A stretch of 64,000 nucleotides of DNA, from positions 21,997 through 85,996 of the forward strand of contig CAZIPY010000268.1 in the NCBI GenBank assembly GCA_964541125.1, in the 5' to 3' direction. A program made the translations under genes and the position numbers. This document shows positions 35,689-45,452 of the stretch, piece after piece; position 1 is the stretch's first letter, and each line of letters begins with the position of its first letter. The DNA is from an uncultured Luteolibacter sp. (lineage in GTDB: Bacteria > Verrucomicrobiota > Verrucomicrobiia > Verrucomicrobiales > Akkermansiaceae). A model generated the notes under the pieces. The model did no database searches, was not told where the DNA came from, and saw only the letters and a program-made list of their open reading frames with translations.

Positions 35689-38007
35689 ATGCGTACATCT
35701 AGGAGTCTTGCGCCCATGGGGCTTGTCGTCCTGTGCCTGTGCGCCCCACTTGCTCACTCCGAACCCTCCGCCAAGGGAGCTGCCGCCAGTTTGGAGAAGC
35801 GCTGGGACGACGAGTTCATGCCGATTCTCGAGAACTACTGCTACGACTGCCACGGCGAGGGGGTTGAGAAGGGAGAGCTCGATTTTGACGATTTCAACAG
35901 CCTCGATGCGATGATCGCCGACCGCGAGCGTTGGAAGCGCATTCGTGGTCATATCGACCAACAGTTGATGCCGCCTCTGGACAAGGATCAGCCGACCCGA
36001 GAGGAACGTGCAACCATGGTCAAGTGGATCGACGATGCCATCTTCCCGGTCGACCCCAAGAATCCCGATCCCGGACGGGTGACCCTGCGGCGCCTCAACC
36101 GCATTGAGTATGAGAACACCATGTCCGACTTGCTCGGCATGTCGGTGCGGGTGAAGGAGTTGCTGCCGCCCGACGACTCAGGCTACGGCTTCGACAACAT
36201 TGGTGACGTGCTGACGCTCTCACCCCTCCACCTTGAGCGCTTTCTCGAAGCCGCCCGCGTTAGTCTCGACAAGGCGGTGCAAATTGGTCCCATGCCCTTC
36301 CCGCAGCACAAGATTCGCGGCAAGGACATGAAGAGCCAGAACGGCCAGGCCAGCGGCGACCACCTTCACCTCAACACAACCAGCGAAGCCACAGCGAAGT
36401 ACCACTTCAAGAAGCCTGGCACCTACAAGATCACCGTGCGCGCCGGCGGTAGCAAGGGGGGTGATGAATGGCCCAACATGCTGCTCAAGCTGGGCGGTCA
36501 TCTGCAGGGCAACTGGTCGGTCGATACCGACTACGGCAACCCCAAGGGCTTCAGCAAGAAGGTGCGAATCAGCAAGCCGCAGGAGCTGCCAATTGCAGTC
36601 GCCTTCACCAATGACTTTTGGGACCCGAAGCTACCGAAAAACCGCGACCGCAACCTGATGATTCAGGATGTGACCGTCGAAGGTCCCTTGGATGGCCCGC
36701 GTCAGGCCAAGCCCAAGAGTCACCAGTTCATCTTTGGTCAGCGTGCTGAGGGAATGACTGACGAACAATATGCAACCCGGGTCTTCAGCCGTTTTGCCCG
36801 CCGCGCCTTTCGCCGCCCGCCAGAAAAGGGCGAGGCCGAGCGATACCTCCACTTCGTGCGCATCGCTCAGGAGCAGCATCAGGATGTCGAGGTCGGAATT
36901 CGTCAGGGACTCGAGGCCATGTTGGTGTCACCCGCCTTCCTCTTCCGCGAAGAACCCCAGCCGGACCCCGACAACGCCGAGAGCATCCACTCCATCAACG
37001 AGCACGTGCTGGCCTCGCGTCTGTCCTACTTCCTCTGGTCGACCATGCCCGATGAGCGCCTGATGAAGCTGGCGGACGAAGGCAAGTTGCGCGCAAATCT
37101 CAAGAGCGAGGTCGACCGCATGCTCACCGATTCGAAATCCGCGCGCATGGTCGAACATTTCACCGGCCAGTGGTTGCAGCTGCGCAACCTCACCTCACGC
37201 AATTTGGCCCGCAACGAGTTCCCCAAATTCCGTCGCCAAATCCGCTTTGCCTTTGCCCGCGAAACTCGCCACCTCTTCGGCCATCTGGTCAAACACAACC
37301 GCCCACTCACTGAACTGCTCAGCGCCGACTACACCTACGTAAATGAAGAGCTCGCCAAGCATTACGGCATCAAGGGCGTGAAGGGAAAGGACTTCAAGAA
37401 GGTGTCGCTTGAAGGCACGCCGCGCCGCGGCCTTCTAGGCCACGCTTCGTTCCACATGATCACCTCTCACCCCATGCGCACCTCACCGGTGCTGCGCGGC
37501 AAGTATGTGCTGGAGAACATCCTCAATCAGGAGCCACCACCACCACCGCCAAACATCGAGCAGATCGATCCATCCAGCGCCGAGAACAAGGGCAAGACCC
37601 TGCGTGAACAGATGGAGCTTCACCGCCAAAAGCCGGACTGCGCGTCCTGTCACAATTTGATGGATCCCATCGGCTACGGTTTGGAGAACTTTAATGCCGA
37701 CGGCTCCTACCGAATCGAGGCTGACGGCAAGCCGGTGGATGCCTCCGGTACACTCGCCAATGGTCGCAGTTTTGTAGGCGCCGACCAACTGCGCCAGATC
37801 CTGATCGAGGACCACAGCTCCGATTTCCATCGCGCGGTGGCCACAAAAATGCTAACTTATGCGATCGGACGTGGCGTGGACTGGTACGACAAGCCCGCCA
37901 TCGATCAGATCGTCAAGGAGACCGAAGCTGCCGGTGGAGGAACCCGTGACATCATCCATGCCATCATCCGCTCCGTGCCGTTCCAGAAACGCCGCGGGGA
38001 AGGCTAA
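35689..38007 (+). CDS. DUF1592/DUF1588/DUF1587-type PVC cytochrome-domain protein
   Basis: Heme motifs CYDCH and CASCH, plus RRLNRIEYENT, LASRLSYFLWSTMPD and TSPVLRG. Alternative start at 35677. Confidence 0.92.
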   Translation: MRTSRSLAPMGLVVLCLCAPLAHSEPSAKGAAASLEKRWDDEFMPILENYCYDCHGEGVEKGELDFDDFNSLDAMIADRERWKRIRGHIDQQLMPPLDKDQPTREERATMVKWIDDAIFPVDPKNPDPGRVTLRRLNRIEYENTMSDLLGMSVRVKELLPPDDSGYGFDNIGDVLTLSPLHLERFLEAARVSLDKAVQIGPMPFPQHKIRGKDMKSQNGQASGDHLHLNTTSEATAKYHFKKPGTYKITVRAGGSKGGDEWPNMLLKLGGHLQGNWSVDTDYGNPKGFSKKVRISKPQELPIAVAFTNDFWDPKLPKNRDRNLMIQDVTVEGPLDGPRQAKPKSHQFIFGQRAEGMTDEQYATRVFSRFARRAFRRPPEKGEAERYLHFVRIAQEQHQDVEVGIRQGLEAMLVSPAFLFREEPQPDPDNAESIHSINEHVLASRLSYFLWSTMPDERLMKLADEGKLRANLKSEVDRMLTDSKSARMVEHFTGQWLQLRNLTSRNLARNEFPKFRRQIRFAFARETRHLFGHLVKHNRPLTELLSADYTYVNEELAKHYGIKGVKGKDFKKVSLEGTPRRGLLGHASFHMITSHPMRTSPVLRGKYVLENILNQEPPPPPPNIEQIDPSSAENKGKTLREQMELHRQKPDCASCHNLMDPIGYGLENFNADGSYRIEADGKPVDASGTLANGRSFVGADQLRQILIEDHSSDFHRAVATKMLTYAIGRGVDWYDKPAIDQIVKETEAAGGGTRDIIHAIIRSVPFQKRRGEG

Positions 38008-38061
38008 GCTCTCAGCCGTGGGCTGAATCCTCCGAAAACACTCCCTCAAACCTCATCCATT

Positions 38062-39369
38062 ATGCACAACCGCAGAACCTTCCTGAAAGGCGTTGCCACC
38101 ACGCTCGCCCTGCCGTCACTCAGTTCCATGGGAGCCGTCGGCAAAACCGCAGGCGCCGCCGCGCATCCCACCCGTCTCGGTTTCATCTACGTGCCCAATG
38201 GGGTGAATCTGGAGCATTGGCTCCCCACCGGATCGGGGCGTAACTACCAGCTTTCCAACACCCTCAAGCCCCTGGCCGGACTCAAGGATGAGTTTTCGCT
38301 GATGCGCCATCTCGATCACGACAAGGCCTGGGCCAACGGCGACGGCGCCGGTGATCACGCCCGCGCCAATGCGACCTTCCTGACCGGCGTTCAGGCGCGC
38401 AAGACCTCCGGCGCGGACATCCAGCTCGGAGTGTCGGTCGACCAACTCGCCGCCAAGCAAATTGGCCACCGCACCCGGGTGCCGTCCCTCGAGCTCTCCA
38501 CCGATCCCTCACGCAGTTCGGGCAACTGTGACTCCGGTTATTCCTGCGCCTACCAGTACAACATTTCTTGGCACGATGAGAACACGCCGGCCCCCGCCGA
38601 GCGCGACCCGCGTCTGGTGTTTGAGAAGCTTTTCGGTTCCGGCAACCAGATCGAGGACGCCCGCCGTCGTCACTACCGCAAGTCCATCCTCGACTTCGTC
38701 AAGGAGGACGCCAAGCGCCTGCAGAGCCGTATGGGCGCTACCGATCGCTCGAAGATGGAGGAGTATCTGACGGCCGTACGCGACATCGAGACCCGTATCG
38801 AGCGTGCCGAGAACTTTGACTTCGAAGCTCCCGAGGACAAGCGCCCCACCGGCATCCCCAAAAGCTTCGAGGAGCACATCGCCATCCAGTTCGAACTGAT
38901 GGCTCTGGCCTTCGAGACTGACACCACCCGGATCTCGAGTTTCATGTTGGCGCACGATGGCTCCAACCGCTCCTTCCCGGAGCTCGGCATCAACAGCGGT
39001 CACCACGAACTCTCGCACCACCGCAAGAACGCCGATCATTTGAAGAAGATTGCCCAGATTGATCTCTTCTACACCAAGCAGCTGGCCAAGTTCCTGCAGC
39101 GCCTGAAGGACACCAAGGAAGGCGAAGGCAATTTGTTGGATCACTCGATGATCGTTTATGGTAGTGGCATTGCTGATGGCGATCGTCACAGTCACAACGA
39201 CCTGCCGGTGATCCTCGCCGGTCGTGGAAACGGCCAGCTCAAGCCAGGCCGCCTGATCGAGTCCGCCGAAGGCACTCCGATGACCAACCTTTACCTCTCG
39301 CTCCTCGATAAAATGGGTGTCGAGGCCGAGCGCATCGGTGACTCCACTGGACGTTTGAGTGGCATTTGA
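38062..39369 (+). CDS. DUF1552 family protein (Tat substrate)
   Basis: RRTFLKG Tat motif, FIYVPNG, SVDQL, CDSGYSCAY and HHELSHH. Confidence 0.93.
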   Translation: MHNRRTFLKGVATTLALPSLSSMGAVGKTAGAAAHPTRLGFIYVPNGVNLEHWLPTGSGRNYQLSNTLKPLAGLKDEFSLMRHLDHDKAWANGDGAGDHARANATFLTGVQARKTSGADIQLGVSVDQLAAKQIGHRTRVPSLELSTDPSRSSGNCDSGYSCAYQYNISWHDENTPAPAERDPRLVFEKLFGSGNQIEDARRRHYRKSILDFVKEDAKRLQSRMGATDRSKMEEYLTAVRDIETRIERAENFDFEAPEDKRPTGIPKSFEEHIAIQFELMALAFETDTTRISSFMLAHDGSNRSFPELGINSGHHELSHHRKNADHLKKIAQIDLFYTKQLAKFLQRLKDTKEGEGNLLDHSMIVYGSGIADGDRHSHNDLPVILAGRGNGQLKPGRLIESAEGTPMTNLYLSLLDKMGVEAERIGDSTGRLSGI

Positions 39370-39394
39370 TGCATTGAGAACTGCGATTTCTGCG

Positions 39395-40288
39395 ATGAGA
39401 GTCATCACTTTGTTTCTGCTGTTAGGGCTTGCCGCTTTCACACATGCCGAAGACAAGATTCGTGTGCTGGTCTGGGACGAGCAGCAGCCCGTTCGCAAAA
39501 AGGTCTACGAGAATTTCCCCGGCAACTTCATTGCCGACCATCTTCGCAAGAATCCAAAGCTGGAGGTCACCACGGCCAAACAGGATGATGAAGGCTTCGG
39601 CCTGACCTCCGAAGTGCTCAAGCAGACCGATGTCCTCATCTATTGGGGTCATGTTCGACACAAGCAGATCCCCGAGAAGGTGGGTCAGGAGATCGCGGAT
39701 CTGGTCAAGGCGGGCAAACTGGATTTCATTCCACTTCATTCCGCGCACTGGTCGGTGCCCTTCATGATCTGCATGCAGGAGAAGGCGGCGCAGGATGCCC
39801 TTGAGGCACTGCCCGAAGACAAGCGTGCCGAAGCTAAGGTGGTCTACGAAGGCGAGCTGCAGTGGAAGAAGGCCGGGGCCTTCGATCGCAATGTGTTTCC
39901 ACCACGCTATGAATTCGATGCAGACGGCAAAGTGACGGTTCACGTCAAGCGCCCCAATTGTGTGTTTCCCCGGTGTTGCGGGCCTGGTCAGCCTGGTGAA
40001 GTGCGCATTCTCCACAAGAAACACCCCATCTGCAAAGGGGTGCCGGCCCGCTTCATTCTGGAGATGACGGAAATGTATGACGAGCCCCACGGCGTGCCAG
40101 AACCAGACACGGTGCTCTTCACCGAGAACTGGGCGGGTGGCGAATGGTTCCGTTCCGGCTGCCTGTGGGAACTGGGCAAGGGCAGGGTCTTCTACTTCCG
40201 TCCCGGCGATCAGGCTTATCCGGTCTTTGAAAACCCGAATCTTCTCAAGCTCCTGGACAATGCCACGGTCTGGCTGGGTTCGCAGTGA
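39395..40288 (+). CDS. ThuA-like (trehalose utilisation) domain protein
   Basis: VLVWDE, YWGHVRH, LHSAHWS, EMYDEP and GKGRVFYFRPG. Confidence 0.88.
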   Translation: MRVITLFLLLGLAAFTHAEDKIRVLVWDEQQPVRKKVYENFPGNFIADHLRKNPKLEVTTAKQDDEGFGLTSEVLKQTDVLIYWGHVRHKQIPEKVGQEIADLVKAGKLDFIPLHSAHWSVPFMICMQEKAAQDALEALPEDKRAEAKVVYEGELQWKKAGAFDRNVFPPRYEFDADGKVTVHVKRPNCVFPRCCGPGQPGEVRILHKKHPICKGVPARFILEMTEMYDEPHGVPEPDTVLFTENWAGGEWFRSGCLWELGKGRVFYFRPGDQAYPVFENPNLLKLLDNATVWLGSQ

Positions 40289-40308
40289 GCCTTGCCGCCC
40301 ATTTGATC

Positions 40309-41337
40309 ATGATTCGAATCGCACTCACAATATCCACCTTGGTGATCGGCGCCCAGGCGCAGGAGTTCACCTTCAAGGACCCTAAGCCGCAACGATACCT
40401 GCTCAAGGAGCGGGCGAGCGTGATCGACCCGCGCATCAAGGCTTATCCAAAGATCGGCTTTCTGATTGAGAAGGATGGTAAGCCGCAGGACCTGCAACAC
40501 GCGGCGGTGGACACGAGCGTTGCCCCGCGCGGTAAGCTGGTGATCTGGATGATGGCGCACAACCCGGTGCTCTTCGAGCGGGTCAACAGCTATGGCCTGC
40601 ACATCATCCAGCCGCATTACGCTCGGCATTGGTTCGGCTTGGTCTGTCAGGAGAAACCGGTGGGTGAACAAAGCCGCGGCAACATGCGCTTGGAGGCGGC
40701 GACTGGGGAAGACTTCAGCGACGAGGTCGATCTGGCCAAGCCAGACGGCATGAAGGAGCGCGCCTTCCAATTCGTGAAGTGGTTGGACAAAAACAACCCC
40801 CAAGGCAACTGGGGTTATTTCCTTACCAAGGATGGCAAAGGGTTGCGTTGGGAGCACGTGATCATGGCCGGGGCTTCGCACGGTTCCACGACTTCGGCGC
40901 GCTTCGCCAAGCATCAGAAGGTCAGCCGGGTGGTGATGCTGTGCGGGCCACGCGACCAGTTCCAAACCTGGCAGTCGCTGCCCTCGGCGACTCCCGAGAA
41001 TCGTTTCTTCGGCTTCAGTCACACCTTGGATGGCGGCTGGAAGGCGGATCACTACTGCCGTTCATGGGAACTCATGAGCCTGCATTATTTCGGGCCCATC
41101 GTGGATGTGGACAAGATGGCGCCTCCCTATGGCAGCACGCGTCGATTGATCACCTCCTTTGATGTCGGTGGCAATGCGAACAAGGCACACAGTGCCGTGC
41201 AACCCGGCAAAGCCTCGCTCAAGAAGGATGGCAAATACGCCCACGATGCCGTGTGGCGCTACATGTTCACTCATCCCGTCGACCTGATCGGGAAAAAGAC
41301 ACCACTGGACGAGGGGTGCAACAAGGACCAGCGGTAG
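40309..41337 (+). CDS. BPSS1187-like alpha/beta hydrolase-fold secreted protein
   Basis: WGYFL, GASHG nucleophile elbow, SATP...FGFSH and HSAV...VWRYM. Confidence 0.75.
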   Translation: MIRIALTISTLVIGAQAQEFTFKDPKPQRYLLKERASVIDPRIKAYPKIGFLIEKDGKPQDLQHAAVDTSVAPRGKLVIWMMAHNPVLFERVNSYGLHIIQPHYARHWFGLVCQEKPVGEQSRGNMRLEAATGEDFSDEVDLAKPDGMKERAFQFVKWLDKNNPQGNWGYFLTKDGKGLRWEHVIMAGASHGSTTSARFAKHQKVSRVVMLCGPRDQFQTWQSLPSATPENRFFGFSHTLDGGWKADHYCRSWELMSLHYFGPIVDVDKMAPPYGSTRRLITSFDVGGNANKAHSAVQPGKASLKKDGKYAHDAVWRYMFTHPVDLIGKKTPLDEGCNKDQR

Positions 41338-41363
41338 GTCTTATTCACGAATACCTAGGGCTC

Positions 41364-42656
41364 CTATCGGAACTTGGTGCTCATGATGTAGGCGTACCAG
41401 GCCTCCTCAAATTTCTCCACGCTTTCGTGGCCGAAGATGTCTGCCATGTCCTGCGGGCTAGGCGTTTTGTCGGCCTTGATCATGTCGAGCAGCTTGTTGA
41501 AGCCAGCAGTCATCTCATCGCTGGAGTTCATGTAACTGAAGAGTGCCATGGCGTAGCCTGAGTCATTTGGTGTGAGATCCGCGGTGGTCACGCTGAAGAG
41601 GCGCTCGAGGCTGACACGTTTGTCCTTCTTGCAAAGCGCCTTGAGGGGCTTGACCCAGGACTCGCTGTTGGAGAGGACTTCCGACTTGGTCATGGTCTCA
41701 TTTCCGCCGGCGCCTTCGTAATCGTCGTAGTAGTTTTGGAAGTCGATGTAGTGGACGACACACAGCTCAAAAATCTGATGTTCGGCATAGTAGCCCGCTC
41801 CCATTCGCAGCCAGAAGGGGATCCGGACCTGTTCGGTGCGTGAGGCGACGAGTTGGTAGGCGATGTTGTGAGCGAGTAATTGATGAGGGGATCTGCCAGG
41901 CTGCTTGCGGATCACCAAGAAGCGGTGCTTGTAGTCGCTGAAGTTGTTCACCTGATTGGCCGAGCGGACGAACTTGGCGCGAGCTTCCTCGGAGGGGTAC
42001 TCCTTGCCGTATTGTTCGATCATCGTGCTGTAGGGGCCGCTCTCCGATTCCTGCTCCACCAGATAAATGCGGTGGCGGTAGCGTTTTTCTTCGCCCGGGA
42101 AGTCGTGAGCGTTGGGCTCTTCCAGAGGCGCGCGGAATCCCTGCTGTTCGAACATCGCATCGAGGCCCGGCATGGTCTCAGACATCAAATCATAGATCTT
42201 TTCAGCATATTTGTCCGCGGGGTCGTTCTTGGTGTCGATGGTCAGGATGCGGAAGTGATCGAGCTTCTTTTCCCGGAAATCGAGGTCGGCAAAATCGAAG
42301 ATGGGGTCGTCGGAGAATTTCGTGGGTGCTGCGGGCTTGTCCGGGGTCGACGCATCCGTTGTCTTGGATGAAGGCTTGTCGGCTGGCTCAGGCTTGGCGG
42401 CCGGTTTGTTGGTGTGTTCCTTGATCACCGCCTGGGAGGTGAGCGAGAACTGGGAGATGGGCAGGGTGAAGGTGCGTCCACCTTCCATGGCGATTTCAAC
42501 TTCATCGCCGGCGACCATCAGGATCTTCGCCTGGATGGCACGACCCTTCTTGTCGGTGAGCTCGAGGAAGCCCTCAGCCTGGACGATTGAGGAGGCGGCA
42601 AGGCCGGCGGCGATCGCCATCACGGCGATGGGAGTGGAGAGGCGCCCGTGGAACAT
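41364..42656 (-). CDS. SHD1-like domain + degenerate gluzincin-like secreted protein
   Basis: ELTDKKGRAIQAKI...LPISQFS (SHD1-like) and LAHNIAYQ...PFWLRMGAGYYAE. Confidence 0.65.
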   Translation of the reverse strand: MFHGRLSTPIAVMAIAAGLAASSIVQAEGFLELTDKKGRAIQAKILMVAGDEVEIAMEGGRTFTLPISQFSLTSQAVIKEHTNKPAAKPEPADKPSSKTTDASTPDKPAAPTKFSDDPIFDFADLDFREKKLDHFRILTIDTKNDPADKYAEKIYDLMSETMPGLDAMFEQQGFRAPLEEPNAHDFPGEEKRYRHRIYLVEQESESGPYSTMIEQYGKEYPSEEARAKFVRSANQVNNFSDYKHRFLVIRKQPGRSPHQLLAHNIAYQLVASRTEQVRIPFWLRMGAGYYAEHQIFELCVVHYIDFQNYYDDYEGAGGNETMTKSEVLSNSESWVKPLKALCKKDKRVSLERLFSVTTADLTPNDSGYAMALFSYMNSSDEMTAGFNKLLDMIKADKTPSPQDMADIFGHESVEKFEEAWYAYIMSTKFR

Positions 42657-42709
42657 GGCGTGCTTCTAGCCGAAGATTTCGTTAGAAGCAAGGCGGGCTT
42701 GAGGTGCGC

Positions 42710-43831
42710 TCAGCCGACCTGCCAGCCGGAAGCCTCCACTTCCCGCTCAAAGAGCCCTTCATCCAGCTCAATCCCCATGCCCGGGAGGTCCGGAACGAGA
42801 CAGCGGCCGTTTTCGAAGCGGTAGGAGGACGCATCCAGAGCTGGGAAGCTGACCTCGTCCCATTCGATGTAGAGGAAACGGTCGATGGCCGGCGCGATCT
42901 GCGCACTGGCGCAGTTGCTGTAGCCGCCAGGATAGTTGTGGGGCGAGCGCATCACCTCGGATCCTACGAGTTGGTCCTCAAGCTCGAGCAGCTTGGTAAA
43001 TCCATGCCAGCGGATATCCAGCTGGATGACATCGATGATGCCGTCGAGGGCGTGCTGAATCAGGTCTGGTGACCGCTTGCCCTCTCCATCTGCGATCATG
43101 ACTTTCATTCCCTGCTCCCGGATCCAGTCGTGAAGCAGTTTGGTGTAGAACTGATCCTCATGGAAGGGTTCCTCAAAGAAGCGCAGGTCGCAGTCCGCAG
43201 TTTCCTTCAGCACGGTTTTGGCGATGTTGAGATTGTAGCCGTTGTTGGCGTCGATCATCAGACCAGCTTCAGGCCCCAGAGCCTCCCGGACCGCTCGGAT
43301 GACTCCGATGTCGCGTTGGATCCCGTCTTCTAGATCCATGTGCCAAGCTCCCCGGCCGACCTTGATCTTGAAGGCGCGATGCCCTCTTTCCCAATCCGTG
43401 AGCGCGTTGTCACAAATCTTCTTCACGCCGCCGCCATCGGTGCCGAGATCGTCAAAGTAGAGGGAGCTGGCATAGGCGGGGACCCCCTCGCCGGGTGATG
43501 CTCCTTCGCGGGCGTACAACTTCCAGGCAGGAACGCCCTGCTGCTTGCCCAGCCAGTCGATGAGTGGAAATTCAAATTCGAGAAAATCGGGCGCCACCCG
43601 ATTGTTGGAATCGAACAGTTCCTTGACGGGCGTTTGGATCAACCGTTGGGCATCCGCTTGGTCTGCAGAGGAGGGGCCATGACCGGTGATTCCACCGATG
43701 GAGATGGAGACGTGGTCCATGTAGACCTGATCTCCGTGCACCCCCCGACGGGCGTTGCCGCCCAAGCTGCGGGGGCGTTTTCCCCACAAGCGTGCCGAGC
43801 AGATTCGTTCAGCGGTTTCTTGGCTTCCCAT
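42710..43831 (-). CDS. Mandelate racemase/enolase superfamily enzyme
   Basis: KIKVG, MIDANN, FEEP, ADGE and PHN motifs. Confidence 0.88.
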   Translation of the reverse strand: MGSQETAERICSARLWGKRPRSLGGNARRGVHGDQVYMDHVSISIGGITGHGPSSADQADAQRLIQTPVKELFDSNNRVAPDFLEFEFPLIDWLGKQQGVPAWKLYAREGASPGEGVPAYASSLYFDDLGTDGGGVKKICDNALTDWERGHRAFKIKVGRGAWHMDLEDGIQRDIGVIRAVREALGPEAGLMIDANNGYNLNIAKTVLKETADCDLRFFEEPFHEDQFYTKLLHDWIREQGMKVMIADGEGKRSPDLIQHALDGIIDVIQLDIRWHGFTKLLELEDQLVGSEVMRSPHNYPGGYSNCASAQIAPAIDRFLYIEWDEVSFPALDASSYRFENGRCLVPDLPGMGIELDEGLFEREVEASGWQVG

Positions 43832-43838
43832 GATCTTG

Positions 43839-43916
43839 TTAGCTCAACAAGCCGATGAGCTCACCCGCATTGTGCTTTTGCTCGAGTGGATGTCGCAAGC
43901 GGGTTTTGCGCTGGAT
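43839..43916 (-). pseudogene. Remnant of the 3' end of the winged-helix regulator (diverged copy of 44998-45075)
   Basis: [25 protein letters not shown] versus intact [25 protein letters not shown] (21/25 aa identical). Confidence 0.92.
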
Positions 43917-43984
43917 GTTCACCCATCCGGTGGATGAGTTGGACAGGCCGTTCCGATGGACGACTTCTGCAGCAAGGAGCAAAC

Positions 43985-44863
43985 TCAGTAGCGCCGGCGC
44001 CTCAGCCCTATCATCAGGCCTCCGAGCCCCAATAGGGCGAGTGAGCCGGGCTCCGGAATCACCGAGACAGTAAATGAACCGTCTCCATTGTTGGTGAAAT
44101 GCAATTCGGCATCGAGGTCGCTGGCCAGACTGCCGCCCAGGCGGAAGCTGTCACCAAACTGGTTTCTCACGGTTGTTTCGTCGGCCAGTTGGCCGCCGAG
44201 GTCAGCGGTGAAGGTGCTGCCATAGGCATTGAAGCTGAAATAACTGTTGGCCTGATTGGTGAGGCCGCCGTCGATCCTTCCTGAAAAATCAACCGTGCCG
44301 CCGTTGATCGTCAGTTGTACTGGAATGCTGCTTTCTCCCCATGTGCCGATGTTTCGGTCGTTGAGTAGGGTGCCATCGGCATTCACGAGGATTTTGAGGG
44401 CGGAGTTGGTGCCGCGACGGTCACGTGACCAATCGGCGAATTGGCCATTCACCACAGCGGCGGTCGCGAGGTTGCCGTCACCGATTTCCAGAGAATAAAG
44501 ACCTGCCCCGGTTCCCAAGAACCACCACTCGCGTCCGGCTCTTGCACCATTCAGGTTGATGGCGCCGTTTCTGACATGGAGTTGAGGAATGAGTCGAGAG
44601 GTTCCACTCCACTGGTCGCTTAGCGTGATCGTGCCGGTGGGCATATTGCTCACTGTCTCGGAGTCAAAGATAATAAGGTCAGCGCCACTGGTGGTTCCCA
44701 ATGTAGTCACAGCACCGCCAGGAACTCCGTTGCCATCCCAATTGTTGACATTATACCAGTTGCCACCGTTGTTGCCACCGGTCCAAGTGAAGGTTGCGGC
44801 ATGTGCGGATGAGCAGCCAAAAGCTAGCAAGGCGAGTAGTGTGATCAGCTTGGATTGTTTCAT
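43985..44863 (-). CDS. PEP-CTERM sorting-domain protein
   Basis: Signal peptide, ATFTWTG...WYNVNNW, and C-terminal IPEPGSLALLGLGGLMIGLRRRY. Confidence 0.92.
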   Translation of the reverse strand: MKQSKLITLLALLAFGCSSAHAATFTWTGGNNGGNWYNVNNWDGNGVPGGAVTTLGTTSGADLIIFDSETVSNMPTGTITLSDQWSGTSRLIPQLHVRNGAINLNGARAGREWWFLGTGAGLYSLEIGDGNLATAAVVNGQFADWSRDRRGTNSALKILVNADGTLLNDRNIGTWGESSIPVQLTINGGTVDFSGRIDGGLTNQANSYFSFNAYGSTFTADLGGQLADETTVRNQFGDSFRLGGSLASDLDAELHFTNNGDGSFTVSVIPEPGSLALLGLGGLMIGLRRRRY

Positions 44864-44997
44864 GAGTCGCAATCTCGGGTGAATGGCCATTATTGAATGA
44901 GCCAACTCCAAGCGTAATTCATTTAAGGCTGCTAGTAAAGATCATTTGGCATGACCGTCATCATCTAGCATGAACATATTAAAACTCATGGGAGTGA

Positions 44998-45291
44998 TCA
45001 GCTAAGCAGATCGATGAGCTCACCGACGGTGTGCTTGGATTCCAGTGGATGTCGGAGGCGGGTCTTGCGCTGGATGGTGTAACGGTTGCGGCGCCCGACT
45101 TTCTTCACTTTCAGGACACCGGCATCTGTCAACTCGGCGAGGATGCGTTGAATGGCACGTTGGGTGATCCCAATCAGCTCAGCCAGATCCCGGATCCTCA
45201 GTTCGGGGTCGCGGGAGAGCGCGACCAGGACATGCATGTGATTGCTGAGAAAGGTCCAGCCCTGGACTTTTTTTTCTGAAGAAAGTTTCAT
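44998..45291 (-). CDS. Small MarR/AsnC-like winged-helix transcriptional regulator
   Basis: [33 protein letters not shown] and LRHPLE. Divergent from sbtA. Confidence 0.88.
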   Translation of the reverse strand: MKLSSEKKVQGWTFLSNHMHVLVALSRDPELRIRDLAELIGITQRAIQRILAELTDAGVLKVKKVGRRNRYTIQRKTRLRHPLESKHTVGELIDLLS

Positions 45292-45302
45292 AATTATTAT
45301 TG

Positions 45303-45320
45303 CATGTATCAGAATACGTG
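45303..45320. promoter_or_regulatory. Candidate operator between the regulator and sbtA
   Basis: Inverted repeat CATGTAT-CAGA-ATACGTG (6/7 match) within AT-rich flanks. Confidence 0.45.
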
Positions 45321-45452
45321 AAAATAATGTCGCGCATTGAGCGGGGGCGCAACCATAAAGTTCGCCGATCTTCGACTCATTGCCACTGCCCACCCAGGGT
45401 TTCAATCCCACCGCCCACCCAAGGCCTCAATACCCGCCGCCCACCCATATCC

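Noticed and set aside
42661-42690. Hairpin TGCTTCTA...TAGAAGCA between the enolase-family and SHD1-like genes
   Set aside because: There is no U-tract and no second copy, so no function can be supported.
44857-44879. Similar sequence around the starts of two minus-strand genes (44857-44879 and 56527-56549; CCCGA-AT--CGACTCATGAAA)
   Set aside because: It is short and includes the common ATGAAA start, so it may only reflect translation-initiation context.
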